DNA from: Octopus vulgaris | Lineage: Eukaryota | Length of the DNA: 64,000 nucleotides | Assembly (NCBI GenBank): GCA_951406725.2 | Contig: OX597818.1 | Coordinates: forward strand, 14,198,001 to 14,262,000 | Direction: 5' to 3' | Shown here: piece after piece, positions 15,728-28,063 of the stretch | Layout: each line of letters begins with the position of its first letter | How positions within the stretch are numbered: the stretch's first letter is position 1 | Made by a program: the position numbers and the translations under genes | Notes under the pieces: model-generated | What the model was told of the DNA's origin: nothing | Database searches by the model: none | What the model saw: the letters and a program-made list of their open reading frames with translations, nothing else

Positions 15728-16645
15728 TAATAATTTCATTGATTTGCCACAAGGGCGAAGGATGAAAGGTACAATACAGAGACAGACATAAAGTGTGGGG
15801 ATTTACATAATGAAATTATAAATAAAAGTATGTATACACGGTATACACTGAAGAAGAAAGGATATATGCATAGCATACAAAGGCAGTTAAAATGGCGGGA
15901 AGGATGTTTGTGATGTGACCCTACACGAAGGCCTCTAGAGATAATCGAGTAACCCCACTGTTTACGATTTACCTGAAACCCTAGGAGCAATTGCCCTCTC
16001 CAATTCCTTCTCTCCAACTCACTGGTGTACACTTAGAGAGGTAACATCCACTCTTGCCATTTTCGCAACTTTCACCCACCTTTCAATAAACTCACTCGAG
16101 GACAACACTTCCTTCTCCACTCTCAGTTTCCTTTTCACGTGCAACTTGAATAAGTCAATAAGAGCCCTAACAAAGAGGAATGTATCTGTCCTAATGCCTT
16201 TCAGCCTTGTTCCCCAAACAAGCTGTTTCGCCACAGCAACGAGGCCTTGCCTGTTCGATTAAAGGAAGGTGATAGCACGATCATCACTACAGACTCGGGT
16301 GACAGACGGATCCGTAGCTGTCAAAATAATCCCACAAGTTAGTAATGCCCGGACACTCAACGAGGGGATGCAGAACGGTTTTGTCACTGCGCGTCAAATC
16401 CGTCTGACAACACATCCGTGCCTGTAGAGATTATCTCAAACCAGCAGCGCCCCCACCACCGGTAGCATTGCCAAGCCAAGTACATCTGGAAATTATCCAT
16501 GATAGTTCCCGATCAGAAAGCCCTCCGGAACAGACTTGCCAGTTCGTTCTCGTTGGTCCCCAGAGACTCCCCGGGAACGTCGTCGCACTTTCCAGCAACT
16601 AATCCTTTATAACTTTCTAAAGCGGAACATCCACCAATCCCATTG
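15667..16645 (-). mobile_element. Tx1/L1-type LINE 3' fragment (end of ORF2, 3' UTR, (TTA)n tail)
   Basis: LAWQCYR...DNLYRHG (about 16420-16480) matches LAWQCYRSALAARDKLSRHG of the 31429 element. C-terminus VAKQLVWGTRLKG...FIERWVKV. Tail at 15667-15735. Confidence 0.8.
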
Positions 16646-17366
16646 TTGATGATGATGATGATGATGATCGATGCTTATATATATCGTTTATTCAGGCATT
16701 TATGACTAGTGGCAGTGGTAGCATTCGCACTAATAGTACACTATCATGTTCATGTATCTGGGAATTGATATCTGTTTTAGCACTAATTTTGAGCTACATA
16801 GAAACATGCATATCTAATTAAATTGTAACTGACATTTACTTAATTTCATTCAGCTTGTGAAATTTGGGGAAAAAACCAATCATTTAAATGTAAGTTTCCA
16901 TGAGCATAAAGTATCTTCTTTGGGGAATTATCTATGTGACTGGCAGTAAAAGCGATAAGAAATTCAACGCGAAATCTTATCCAATTAGTGTTTTGTATAG
17001 AGAAAATAATTAATTGATGATCTCATGAAATGAGAAATATCTCTTATAATAAAGGGCATTCAACAATCAAATAATCACTGAATAAGTACCACTTGTTTGC
17101 GTGGCATGGTTTAAAAGAAGTTTTGGAAACTTGCATAGTGTTTTGAATGAGAATATTTCATTATTGTAACACAAGTACTTACAAAGATCAGTTCACGTGA
17201 ACCAATGACATATCATTGATAAAAGTCTTGCAAGCTTTTATAATGTAGAATTAGGTAATTTCTGCTATCGGTGCAGTCAAGTTTACTATTGAATCGAGAT
17301 CATGTTGTAGATTTGTATCACTGAATCGTGGAAGATCTACTAACGTGCATCATAAATTAAAATCGG

Positions 17367-18583
17367 TATGGTCGAGGAAAAAGAAGGAAGATATAGAAGG
17401 AGCGACAGAAAGAGAGTGATATAAGCAGTTCAAACGTTTGACATTAATATGCAGTGATCTTCAAAGAAAAGCAAAGATATTTTTACAACCAAAATATAGT
17501 TCGATTTATGCCAGAATAGAGATTTACAAATATTGGTGAAAGAAAATGAGAATTTGAAGCTTTTCAATTTCACCGATTATAGGAAACTACGATGATTATA
17601 TTTTTAAGGTTCTATTTGCATGATGAGGAGGAAAAGGAGGAGGAGGGGGATGGGAGGGGGAGAAGAAGAAGAAGAAGAAGAAGAAGAAGAAGAAGAAGAA
17701 GAAAAGAAAAGAAGAAGAAGAGGAAGAGGAGAAGAAGAAGAAGAAAAGAAGAAGAAAGGAAGAAGAAGAAAAGAAGAAGAAGAAAAGAAGAAGAAGAAAA
17801 GAAGAAGAAGAAGAAGGAGGAGGAGGAGGAGAAGAAGAAGAAAAGAAGAAGAAGAAGAAGAAGAAGAAGAAGAAGAAGAAGAGGAGGAGGAGGAGAAGAA
17901 GAAGAAAAGAAGAAGAAGAAGAAAAGGAGAAGAAGAAGAAAAGAAGAAGCAGAAAAGAAAAGAAGAAGAAGAAGAAAAGGAGAAGAAGAAGAAAAGGAGA
18001 AGAAGAAGAAGAAGAAGAGGTGAAGAAGAAGACGACGACGACGAAGAAGAAGAAGAAGAAGAAGAAGAAGAAGAAGAAGAAGAAGAAGAAGAAGAAGAAG
18101 AAGAAGAAGAAGAAGAAGAAGAAGAAAAGGTACAAGATCGCTGTATATTAATCCTAAAATGCATAACTTCGTAAATCGTTGTTTCTTTCCCTCTTTCTAT
18201 CTCTTCCACTCTCTCTCTTTCCCCCTCTGAGCAACAAATGTTCTCGCCTATATCGCTATCATTATTTCACTTGATCCCGCTCCATATCACGGCGATATTT
18301 CTGTGGCTTTTTGTTTCTATCTAGGACTGTAAACGTCATCACTATATTTCACTCATGCGGTTTACGACAATGGCAAGAGCAACATTTTGTCAGGGTTCAC
18401 TGTTTACGTAATGAAACTGATTGTAAATCTCTATTCTGGCATAAATCGAACTATATTTTGGTCGTAAAAATATCTTTGCTTTTCTTTGAAGATCACTGCA
18501 TATTAATGTCAAACGTTTGAACTGCTTATATCACTCTCTTTCTGTCGCTCCTTCTATCTCTTCCTTCTTTTTCCTCGACCATA
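17367..18583. repeat. Inverted duplication of about 163 bp (17367-17529 vs 18421-18583) enclosing a GAA tract
   Basis: Arms are near-identical reverse complements with only a few mismatches. Confidence 0.95.
17622..18126. repeat. Purine-rich (GAA)n/(GGA)n compound microsatellite
   Basis: Direct reading. Confidence 0.98.
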
Positions 18584-18904
18584 TTTTCGTTGTTTTTTGC
18601 TCTTTCACACAGCAACACACTTGCCACTTTTCCTTGTGTTCTATGAATACGTTTTTGGCTGCCCTCAGGTTGCATAATGACACATATGCTCTCTCCTAGT
18701 TTTGCTTTCATGTTCACCGTTCATTCTTTTTGTCTTCACAGCATCTCTCTTGTATCTAATTTATTTGCACACGTAATAACACCCTCTCCACCACCACAAT
18801 GACCAAAGGCGTAAAAGCAAATCATATCTGGATGATTGAGCATTGGTCAAAATCCAAAAAAAGTCAACATCCACAAAAAGTCTGTGACTAAACTGGCGAC
18901 TAAA

Positions 18905-19138
18905 GGCGGCGAGCTGGCAGAAACGTTAGCACGCCGGGCAAAATGCCTAGCGGTATTTCGTCTGCCGCTACGTTCCGATTTCAAATTCCACCGAGGTCGA
19001 CTTAGCCTTTTATCCTTTCGGAGTGGAATAAATAAGTACCAGTTACGCACTGGCGTCGTTATAATCGACTTAATCCCTTTCTCTTTCCTTGTTTGTCCTG
19101 TCTGTGTTTAGCCCCTTGTGGGCAATAAAGAAATAAGA
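18905..19138 (+). mobile_element. Full-length tRNA-derived SINE with Deu/Nin-like core
   Basis: GGCGGCGAGCTGGCAGAAACGTTAGCACGCC head; GGTCGACTTAGCCTTTTATCCTTTCGG...TAAGTACC core; tail AATAAAGAAATAAG. Confidence 0.9.
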
Positions 19139-19229
19139 AACTGGTATGCTCTATGGAGGTGTTTTCTTCTTTTTGTCTATTTGGTCTCCCTTTAGGGCGA
19201 AAAACAATACCTATGAAAACCAGATGTAC

Positions 19230-20290
19230 TCTGAAGAGTCAACAGCCATGCTGTGTTGGTGAAAGAGTGCATCGAAATGTTAGCTGAGTGTGTAGCTACG
19301 AATTAACAGGCAAGTGGCATGAATAGGAATCGACAGTGCGACAAAGGAAGGGAATTACAGGATCTTTAGGACTTTTAAGACTGACCAGGCTATTAAAGCA
19401 TGAATACCATATATGATTATAGAAGAAAAATTAAACTAACAAGATCATAAGATTTGTCATTCCCTATGATATAAGAGTCGATACGAAAGAAATTGAAAAA
19501 AAAAATGAGAAATATCGTGATCTAGCCAGAGATCTGAAAAAAAAAACTGTTGAAGACTAAGACAACACCTATTCTTTTGATAATTGGTTCCCTTCGCACA
19601 ACACTCAAAATACCACCAAAATAACTGAAAGATATTAGAAATACAAGCGGGTATGCGCGTCCATGAAGTACCGGGTTTGTGTAAAGTGAGAAGAAATATA
19701 TTTCAAGGGAAAAATACCACTTGAAAACATTATTGCTGTTGTTGTTGCAGCTGCCGCTGTTAGAAGAAGAAGAAGAAGAAGAAGAAGAAGAAGAAGAAGA
19801 AGAAGAAGAAGAAGAAGAAGAAGAAGAAGAAGAAGAAGAAGAAGAAGAAGAAGAAGAAGAAGAAGAAGATATCCTGCACGGGGATCCTGGAAAAGCAATG
19901 TCATGAGAATATATCTGTCAGCTCTAAAATTCCACACAAAAGAAGGAATTATTAAATCTAGACCCATCCCCATGAGAAAAGGAATACCCCAAGGAACCTT
20001 CCTCTTCCCACCCCCTTTTCTGTCTAGCATTGAAGCATTTGAACAGCTTAGAAAAATGTACCAAAATAACCTTGGAGGAAGAAAATCTAGTTAAGAACAG
20101 GAATATGATGCTAGATAACTAAACTGAAATAAGACAGCTAGATCAATCTTAGAATGCAAATATAGAGGAATCAATAAACTACGGAGGGCACAACATTTGC
20201 AAAAGAAAGGAAAGATGAAGAATATCACATATTATAGACGAATTAGATTATCGCTTAAAGAGAGTTAAGTATGAAAAATAAGCAAAGCAA
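19230..20290 (+). mobile_element. R4/Dong-like LINE remnants: RLE fragment (19230-19680) and RT fragment (19885-20290), separated by (GAA)n at 19762-19869
   Basis: KTDQAIKA...FVIPYDIRVDTKEIEK...KYRDLARDLK...IIGSL. Also FHTKEGIIKSRPIPMRKGIPQG, homologous to LQTKEGLMKTKDIPIRRGIFQG at about 5060-5125. Confidence 0.7.
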
Positions 20291-22007
20291 ATGGTGGCTA
20301 GTCGAATATGTATATTTTCTCAATTCATAGCTACTTAATTTATTTCCAGGAGTCAACCCTTCTTATGACATTATGTATTAATTTCCTCAGTATTTTTTTT
20401 TTCATATTTGAAATAGATAAATTTGATCTTAATTTGTGATCGCATGTTTTCAATGTCCCCCCCACCCCAACATTTTGTGCATTGTATTAAAGATGGCTGT
20501 ATAATAGATGGATAGACATTCTTTATCCACCCGATATTTATGTACAATCCATTTAAGTGTACACTGAATAAGAAAAATATCACATGGCTATCCCATTTAT
20601 TGAAAATATCAATATTTAGTATATGCATTGGGGACAGAATTCTTCCGAATAAACTCAGATGGTGCTCAAACGATGTTTGTGGAAGTAAACTAGTTGTGTT
20701 ATATAAGACCAAGAAGTGAACTTACTTCTGGATGAATAAAGCTAGGTAGAGAGGACTATAGCTTCGTGCATGTCTACATTAATACACGTCATCTCTCATT
20801 CAAGACAAGGAGCAGCAATTTACCTTTTTTTAAATAACATACCAAAAATATCACTATCTATATAGACACTTGCATTTATTTTGCTACCCCAATAGGACAG
20901 AATGGTATATATTTTAAATCTTGGCCGTATGCAATTTTTCTGGAAAATTAAGGTTAGGCTGGATAAGATTTACTCCATTAATTTACTTCGTTGTGATCTT
21001 AGGTTGGTAAGACGATGACTGTTGGCAAACTTATGGTAAGTTCGATGGATCTAGAAGCCTTCGAAATGTGTTCGACTGTTAACTCTAAATCAATATATAT
21101 GACTACAAATTATGCAACAACCGGAAAAGTATATCAAGTACAGGTTTTTCCTTCTTAGTATGTTCGCTTGCAATCCTCCACCAAATCGAGAAATAAATAT
21201 ATCACTGTCCATATAGTTGAATGCATTGTGAAATATAACGAAACATAATGCGCAAACAATACAGGATTTGAAACACCACATTGCTGGATGTCATTGTTAA
21301 ATCCGAAATATTTAGTCGATTCTGTTTGAAACAACTATGTTATTCATGCCCATATAAATGGAAATAATCAAAATTAGCATGTTTATAGACATTAGGATTT
21401 TTCCTAGAACATGCCAAATGTTACTAAGTGCAATCATACTTAATGTTAATAATATACATATCTGATGGGAAGGGGCTCATTGTATCGGCATTTTCTTGCG
21501 TGCTTTGCAATGAAAACAAAACAGATGCTTCATTTATTTTATCCTAAAAATTTGTTTGACTTTTATATTTTTTATCAGAGCGTACTTCATTGGGGAACGT
21601 CCCGTTTAGTGCCCTTTTTTAGAGACCTTCTTGAAGAAAACGCCGCAGAGAATACAAAACATATTTTAAAAAACACCTTTACCTGTATGTCTTGGTACAA
21701 AATACCTCCTGGTGATTCGAATACTCCATTACAGTAATTTAATGAAGAGAAAATACTTTAGTAAGCAAACTACAAAGAAAATGTCGAAGTTCGTAATATA
21801 AACGCGCATATAAGATACTTGAAAATAAAAAAAACATTCTTAATATTTTTATTCATAGTTGAATGCTTCTTTGAACTTTAATGTTGATTTATTTTTCAGA
21901 CATTAATTACGATTTATTTCAGTTTCCCCCTCTGGAAATTGTTCTACATCACATCCTTCTGTATTAAAGATGTATATCAAAATCATTTTCAGTATTTACA
22001 TCTTGCT

Positions 22008-22290
22008 AAGGCAGTGTGCTGGTAGACTGCTCAGCGGTATTCCGTTCGTTCGGCGATCAAATCCCGCTGAGAACGAATTTAACTTTTATATTTTCGGGGT
22101 CAATAAAATAAGTACCTGCTGAGCGCTGGGGACTATGAAGTCAACTGAATTCATTGGCCCTGTGCCAGAATTTGAAACTAATATTTATATTTTGTTTAAA
22201 CAGTGAACTCGCAGAATTATTAACACTCCGAGCAAAATGCTTAGCGGCATTTCGTTCGTCTTTACGTTCTGAGTTCAAACGATGAGCTTC
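22008..22290 (+). mobile_element. Two diverged Deu/Nin-type SINE fragments in tandem
   Basis: TTTCGGGGTCAATAAAATAAGTACC core (about 22092-22116); second head CTTAGCGGCATTTCGTTCGTC...GAGTTCAAA. Confidence 0.65.
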
Positions 22291-23059
22291 TTTCATTCCC
22301 TGTTTAGCGAACCTACTCGCAACGTTTTGGTCAGCACTTGCCGAAGATACCACTTAGTAGGATTAAACCGAAATCATAATTGTTGGGGAACAAATGTCTT
22401 ACCATACAGCCACGCCAACACTCATACACACACATACACACGCACACACACACAAAGACTCACATAGACTCATACATATATTTAAATACAATAACAACGT
22501 AAAAAATCGGGAGGTTTGAAAGGAAAATATATTTATATTTTCCCATAAGAATCTCACATATTAATTTCTCGATGCAAATTTATGTATACATATTTGTAAC
22601 AATATGTATGCTGAACATTCTACAAAGCTAAATCATCAGATTATCCATAGTATAATACTGTGCATAGATAGTGATGCAAACTTGTATGAAAATGTTGCCT
22701 ATCGAAATTAATAACACTACACGAAGATTTTCGAAATGTCTATACCATATAGACGTTATGCGGCAAAATAAGCTTAAATTGTACTCTTACACCTAAATTT
22801 AAACATACATTCGACTCTAACATATCCCGAATTTTTGTTTAATTACTCCATGTTCAAACTCATATTGTTCAGATTTCCATGATTTTCAGTTTTGCTGACA
22901 TTTTACGTTAAATAAAAACAATGCAGTCATAATGCCTTAAACTGAAAACCTCGATTGAAAGCTACCAAATTCGCTGATTCCTTATGTTCTATTTCACTAG
23001 AGTTCTGCTAAATACTTGGATATTTAGATACTTACATAAGTTTCGGCCTGAATTGGCCC

Positions 23060-23760
23060 AGACCATGTCTAACTTAATAGCATTATCCGGAGAAGATGTT
23101 TGGGTAACATAGCCGATTCGAGTAAAGTTTATTTGCAAAGATATATTCGGTGCATGCGGTTTAGCTGGATTTCTTGGAGATATTCGTCCAAGAACCCTTT
23201 GAATGTTAGGGTATATTTTCTTCTCTTATTTGTCTTGATAACATATAAAAGAAAGTCGGTCCAGTTGAGGTGAAATAGTTCTGTCTTGTTATGTGACACG
23301 AATATGACTTTTGTAGACTACGTACAACACGGGGACTAAGTCTTGTGTGAGTTTTAAAGTTGATTCCAAAATAATTTGAGCAATATTGTTGGAATATTTT
23401 CTACATCATAAAAATGTTATAGAGCTCACGGCGATGTTGAAAGGAATAACATTTGAGTTTCTGGAAACCATCTCAATGATCAAGATCTGTGTTCCTGTCT
23501 AGTTTTCTAGTGATAAATGTTCCTTAATTGTTATAATATTTTGTTTCATGTAGGGAAACTATGGAGAAGGTGGAGAGGAGAAGGATAATGTTAGGAGCCT
23601 CTCCAGACCGAAAAGTCTCAAGGATCGAGGAGAAAGCCCATGTCAACGTTTTTGTTTACGTGGGTATTCCAGCTTTATTTTTTTGTCGATTACTGGTGAT
23701 TGATGCCATAATGTCTGATGCCACCTGAGCGAAGAGTACCTGGTAGCTTAAGAGCAGATT
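23060..23760 (-). mobile_element. CR1/L2-type LINE 3' remnant
   Basis: RSLRLFGLERL, RRELYNIFMM*KIFQQ and QIREE...TFKGFLDEYLQEI resemble the CR1 ORF2 C-terminus (LYSLERRR...FK..LD..L). Confidence 0.5.
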
Positions 23761-24000
23761 TTTTATACATATTTATAAAAAATATATACGTATTTGTTTA
23801 TGCATGCATGCATATAAAAATATGTAGATATATATGCATGCCCGTGTGTATGTATGTGTATATATGCATTTCATTGTACTAACATTAAGTCCCCTATATC
23901 ATATAAATTTATACATTAGACATATTCAGTTGAGTATTTGTGTGGCCATTATGAATATTGCTGTACATATGAACAATTGTGTATCGACACAGGCACTCAT

Positions 24001-24043
<43 letters not shown>

Positions 24044-24476
24044 GATACATATTTATATATATGTACATGCTTACACATGAATATAGATATGTAGACGTAG
24101 CGAATCATACATTTGTGAGTAAATATATATTTATATATGCATCATAGGTTTACCATATACTTATACACATTTTATGAAATATTCCTGGTTCATTAGCTCA
24201 TTTGATACAGTAAAGTTTCTATTGTATTAGTCTTGCTTTGTACTTGCACTTATGTATGCTTGAAAGCTTATATGTAGACTGGTAGGAAATCGTTACATAG
24301 TCAACATAAATAAATTGGAAGCAAATAGGAAGCAAACAACATGTATCATGTAGAGTTAGACAAACTATATTGAAACCCCGGATAAGTAGTAATATAATGC
24401 AAATAAGCGACGTACTCACACTAACGCGCACACAGGCATGTTACATACACGCGAACATACGCACGTATTATATATA

Positions 24477-24540
<64 letters not shown>

Positions 24541-24969
24541 CAGTGTACATTTAAACATATAAGAGATGGCCATAACAGGACATCTGACTCGCTAGAAAGA
24601 GTAGTTAAACTCCAAACTACTATTAGGGGTAATTTCGAAAGGGAATGAAAAATAAAAAAAACCTTTACCCTTTATTTCCTGTACCATGCATGGTTTCAAG
24701 CAACCTTTAGTGAATTAAAGTAATTTACATTGACGAAGCTATCATTAGCAAGAAAGCCAAGATTAACATATAAACACGAAGCGATAAAAACCATGCCTCG
24801 TGGTTACATGTTATATTTCAAAATTCACCGCGCACGCGCGGGATTATATCGCCAGCAGATACAAAAAATGCCGATTTTATTTCAAAATTAGCCAAAAAAA
24901 ACATTTTATCATTAATTAATAAATTTCAGGGTAGCAAAAAAAAATATTAGAAAAATTCTTTGCTACCAG

Positions 24970-26212
24970 TGACTAATTGCCTCAACTCGAAGACACACCA
25001 GAGCCGCTAAAGCTTCTCTTCACAGTTGAATCGAAGCACTTTCTTAGTTGCATCCGGAAGTACAATTGCGCCTTTCAGATGACATCTTTCGGAGCAAATA
25101 TTGTGCGAGAAGGGGGATTCATGCCCACGTTTAAGCTTCAAGGCCAGGTATACCATAGAACTGGACCGCCTGCACTTGCCGCCAACCAAGACCCACAATT
25201 TCTCCAACTTTACTTTGTTTGTAATCCCAACGAACAAGCTGCAATGCGGTACTCAATTTCACCTGGCACAGACCTCCATAGCATCCGAATCCTGCAAGAT
25301 ATTCTTCACACATTCAACAACTACGTACTACGTTTTAAGCTTCAAGTATGCATTGGAGGCAGCTCCTTCATCAAATTTCAATGTTGTCATAGAGGCCTCA
25401 AAACGTACTTCGAGCGAACACTCTGGACGCTTCAACTTACCTACATGCAACGAAGTAGCTGTTCTTCTTCACGGTAATCAATATAACCGCTGAGACATTG
25501 TCCTTAAACGCAGTGACAACGCCCATCACCGTATATGCGAGACGCACAGATCTTATGACGCCTTGCAATACCCACTGCTCTCTGTGAGAGGAGAGGACGG
25601 CTACCGGTTTGAAATTCATCAGCGCAAATCAGACATTTCGGATTGCGTAACCAACAAAACGGTTTCCTTCAACCATATGCACCGCTCAAGAAAACTTTTT
25701 CATCAGTTTGCTGTGTTCGCCAAAATGGATTCAAAGAGGCTCTGTTTATGAACACACCAGAAGTAGTTGCGTTCGGATAGCTACATTCATCTGCGAGAAG
25801 CCCTCATGAATGATGCAGTACCATATAGCGTAGGCAAACACTGCATTCTGCCATCCTCCTTCACTGGAAGCCCGCGGTATATGTATGAAAGGACGCAAGA
25901 TGCTATGACTTACGTACATCATTACGGCAGGCCTGATTTATTCATTACATTCATCAGCAATCCTTCGTAAAACATCGAAACTGAATTGTTTCCAGGCCAG
26001 CATGTGAAAGACCTAGCGCGTGTCTTCTGGCTGAAGCTTATCAAACTAATGGAGCTACTTAAGGGAGGTCAAATATGTGGCGCCGTTAGATGTGATATGT
26101 ATACTGCTGAATGGCAAAAGAGAGGTCTACGACACGCTCACATACTAATGTGCTTCTCCGTAAAAATACCTCCCAACGATATTGACAAGATTATCTCTGC
26201 CGAGATTCCAAC
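24970..26212 (+). mobile_element. Helitron Rep (HUH) domain remnant, frameshifted
   Basis: IRKYNCAFQMTSFG, FKLQGQVYH, NLPTCNEVA, SYDALQYPL, LPSSFTGSPRYM, GRPDLFITF, EWQKRGLRHAHIL (HUH motif), ISAEIP. Confidence 0.92.
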
Positions 26213-26393
26213 GGTTTTTCGAGCTTCTATTGCCATTAACAGAAGACGAGAATGCGTCGTAGCTCTTCGCTCGGGCATTTGAAACTCTAAGTACTATAAT
26301 GACAAATTAATGATTGTCCTAAGGTATACATATATAAATAATCCTCTATTTACCTAATATCGAACTCTCATCCCTTTCTTGTCACTTTTTATG

Positions 26394-26450
<57 letters not shown>

Positions 26451-26494
26451 ATGTATGTATGTATGTATGTATGTATGTATGTATGTATGTATGT

Positions 26495-27216
26495 ATACTA
26501 CAAATGTGAGAAATTCTGTCAGTGAGTTTGTGGAGTTGTTAGCTAACTCTTCCTACGTCGTTTTAGTGATTTTGATGAAACTTGACGCGTGATTACAACG
26601 CATGTCTGGAAACCTTATTGCATACTCGGAGGGATCCTTATATATATCTAATATATTTAATTTTAACACCTAAGTAAAATAACCCGTTCGCCAAGATTTT
26701 AACAGCCGAGGGAAACAACCCATTCATTTTCCTAAATCATTGAGTATAAATCAAATTGAGTATGCTTATTTCTTAGTATTTGAACTGTAAAAGTTATTTT
26801 CGCAATTTATCCAGATCAAACTTTACGCAAGTAAATAATATTTTTCTAAACAATAGATCCACTCATTTCGGTTAGTGACTTATTCAGGAATATACCAACA
26901 CTAGCATCGCTGAATGTAATATTCTCTAGGAACGAAAAAATGGCCTTTTTGAGGCTACTTTATTTGAATTCTTACTATCAGTTAACTAATTTCATCTTAT
27001 TACATAACTGACTTCACAATTTGGGTATTTATAAATTATTGGAAATCCTAAAAACAAGATCCTGTGCAAGACAATTCGGGATTCTCTGTAAATGCACAAA
27101 AACGTTTTAAGGCCTACATACTTTGTATTGTTGTTATTGCATTAGGGAAACAATTATGAGAACGGAACCAATGAATAAACCCTGCTTTCACGGGAATTAC
27201 CGGGTACGTCAGCTAG
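26495..27216 (+). mobile_element. Non-autonomous Helitron-like element
   Basis: 5' region carries GATTTTGATGAAACTT. The 3' end has GC-rich stem-like sequence (CACGGGAATTACCGGG) followed by CTAG|T at 27213-27217. Lies between TA-type microsatellites. Confidence 0.6.
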
Positions 27217-27232
27217 TATATTGATATATATG

Positions 27233-27397
<165 letters not shown>

Positions 27398-27996
27398 GAA
27401 TATATTATGTATGTATGTATGTATAATTTCTGGATAAAAATGAAAGGAAGCTCAATTAAATAATTGAATTTGATACACACACTGGTTGTTAAATTTAAAT
27501 TATTTTCTCTTCCGTGTTTCTGGTTTGTTAGTGCTACAAAGTTCTTTTAGTGTATTGTTTGAGAAAAGCATCAAATGAATCTATTATGAGTAATTCTGAT
27601 ATAGGTGTTAATCTTTCGATGATCATTATTTCGTTTTCATCCTTTTCACAATACTTGTCATAGGAAGGAAGGTACTATTTCAAACATTTCACTCTTGTTC
27701 TATTCTTATTTTTCAAGCTATTCAATAAGGTATGTTATCTGTAATCACTTTCCTTCAGAAAATAGAAGAAAGATAAACGGTAGTTCTTACATGTTACTTT
27801 TTTCAAAAGACTATACAAAAGCCTCCTTGATGATGTACAGGAAATGTAACTATAGCTGCTTCAGGTAAAACAAAATTGGTATGTGGTCTCTATCTGATTA
27901 CAACACTCAACCTTTTAGTGTGAATATGTCTTGTCCAATAGTTGCAAACTTCAATAATTGATTTGTAAGAACCAAATACAAGAATTATTGAAATCA

Positions 27997-28063
<67 letters not shown>

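Larger units (their letters stand above)
16780..21290 (-). pseudogene. Decayed LRR ectodomain segments (16780-17560 and 20370-21290), possibly the N-terminal part of copy 3
   Basis: Signal-peptide-like MWCFKSCIVCALCFVIFH (21281); NLYLIYFSGC; LPQTSFEHHLSL and LNGLYINIGWIKNVYP (ORF 20371-20712); LVDLPRFSDTNLQH (17302-17343); VNVSYNLIRY (16810-16839). Confidence 0.35.

Noticed and set aside
18905-18995. tRNA gene (A/B boxes)
   Set aside because: This is the head of a multi-copy SINE followed by core and tail; no full cloverleaf is evident.
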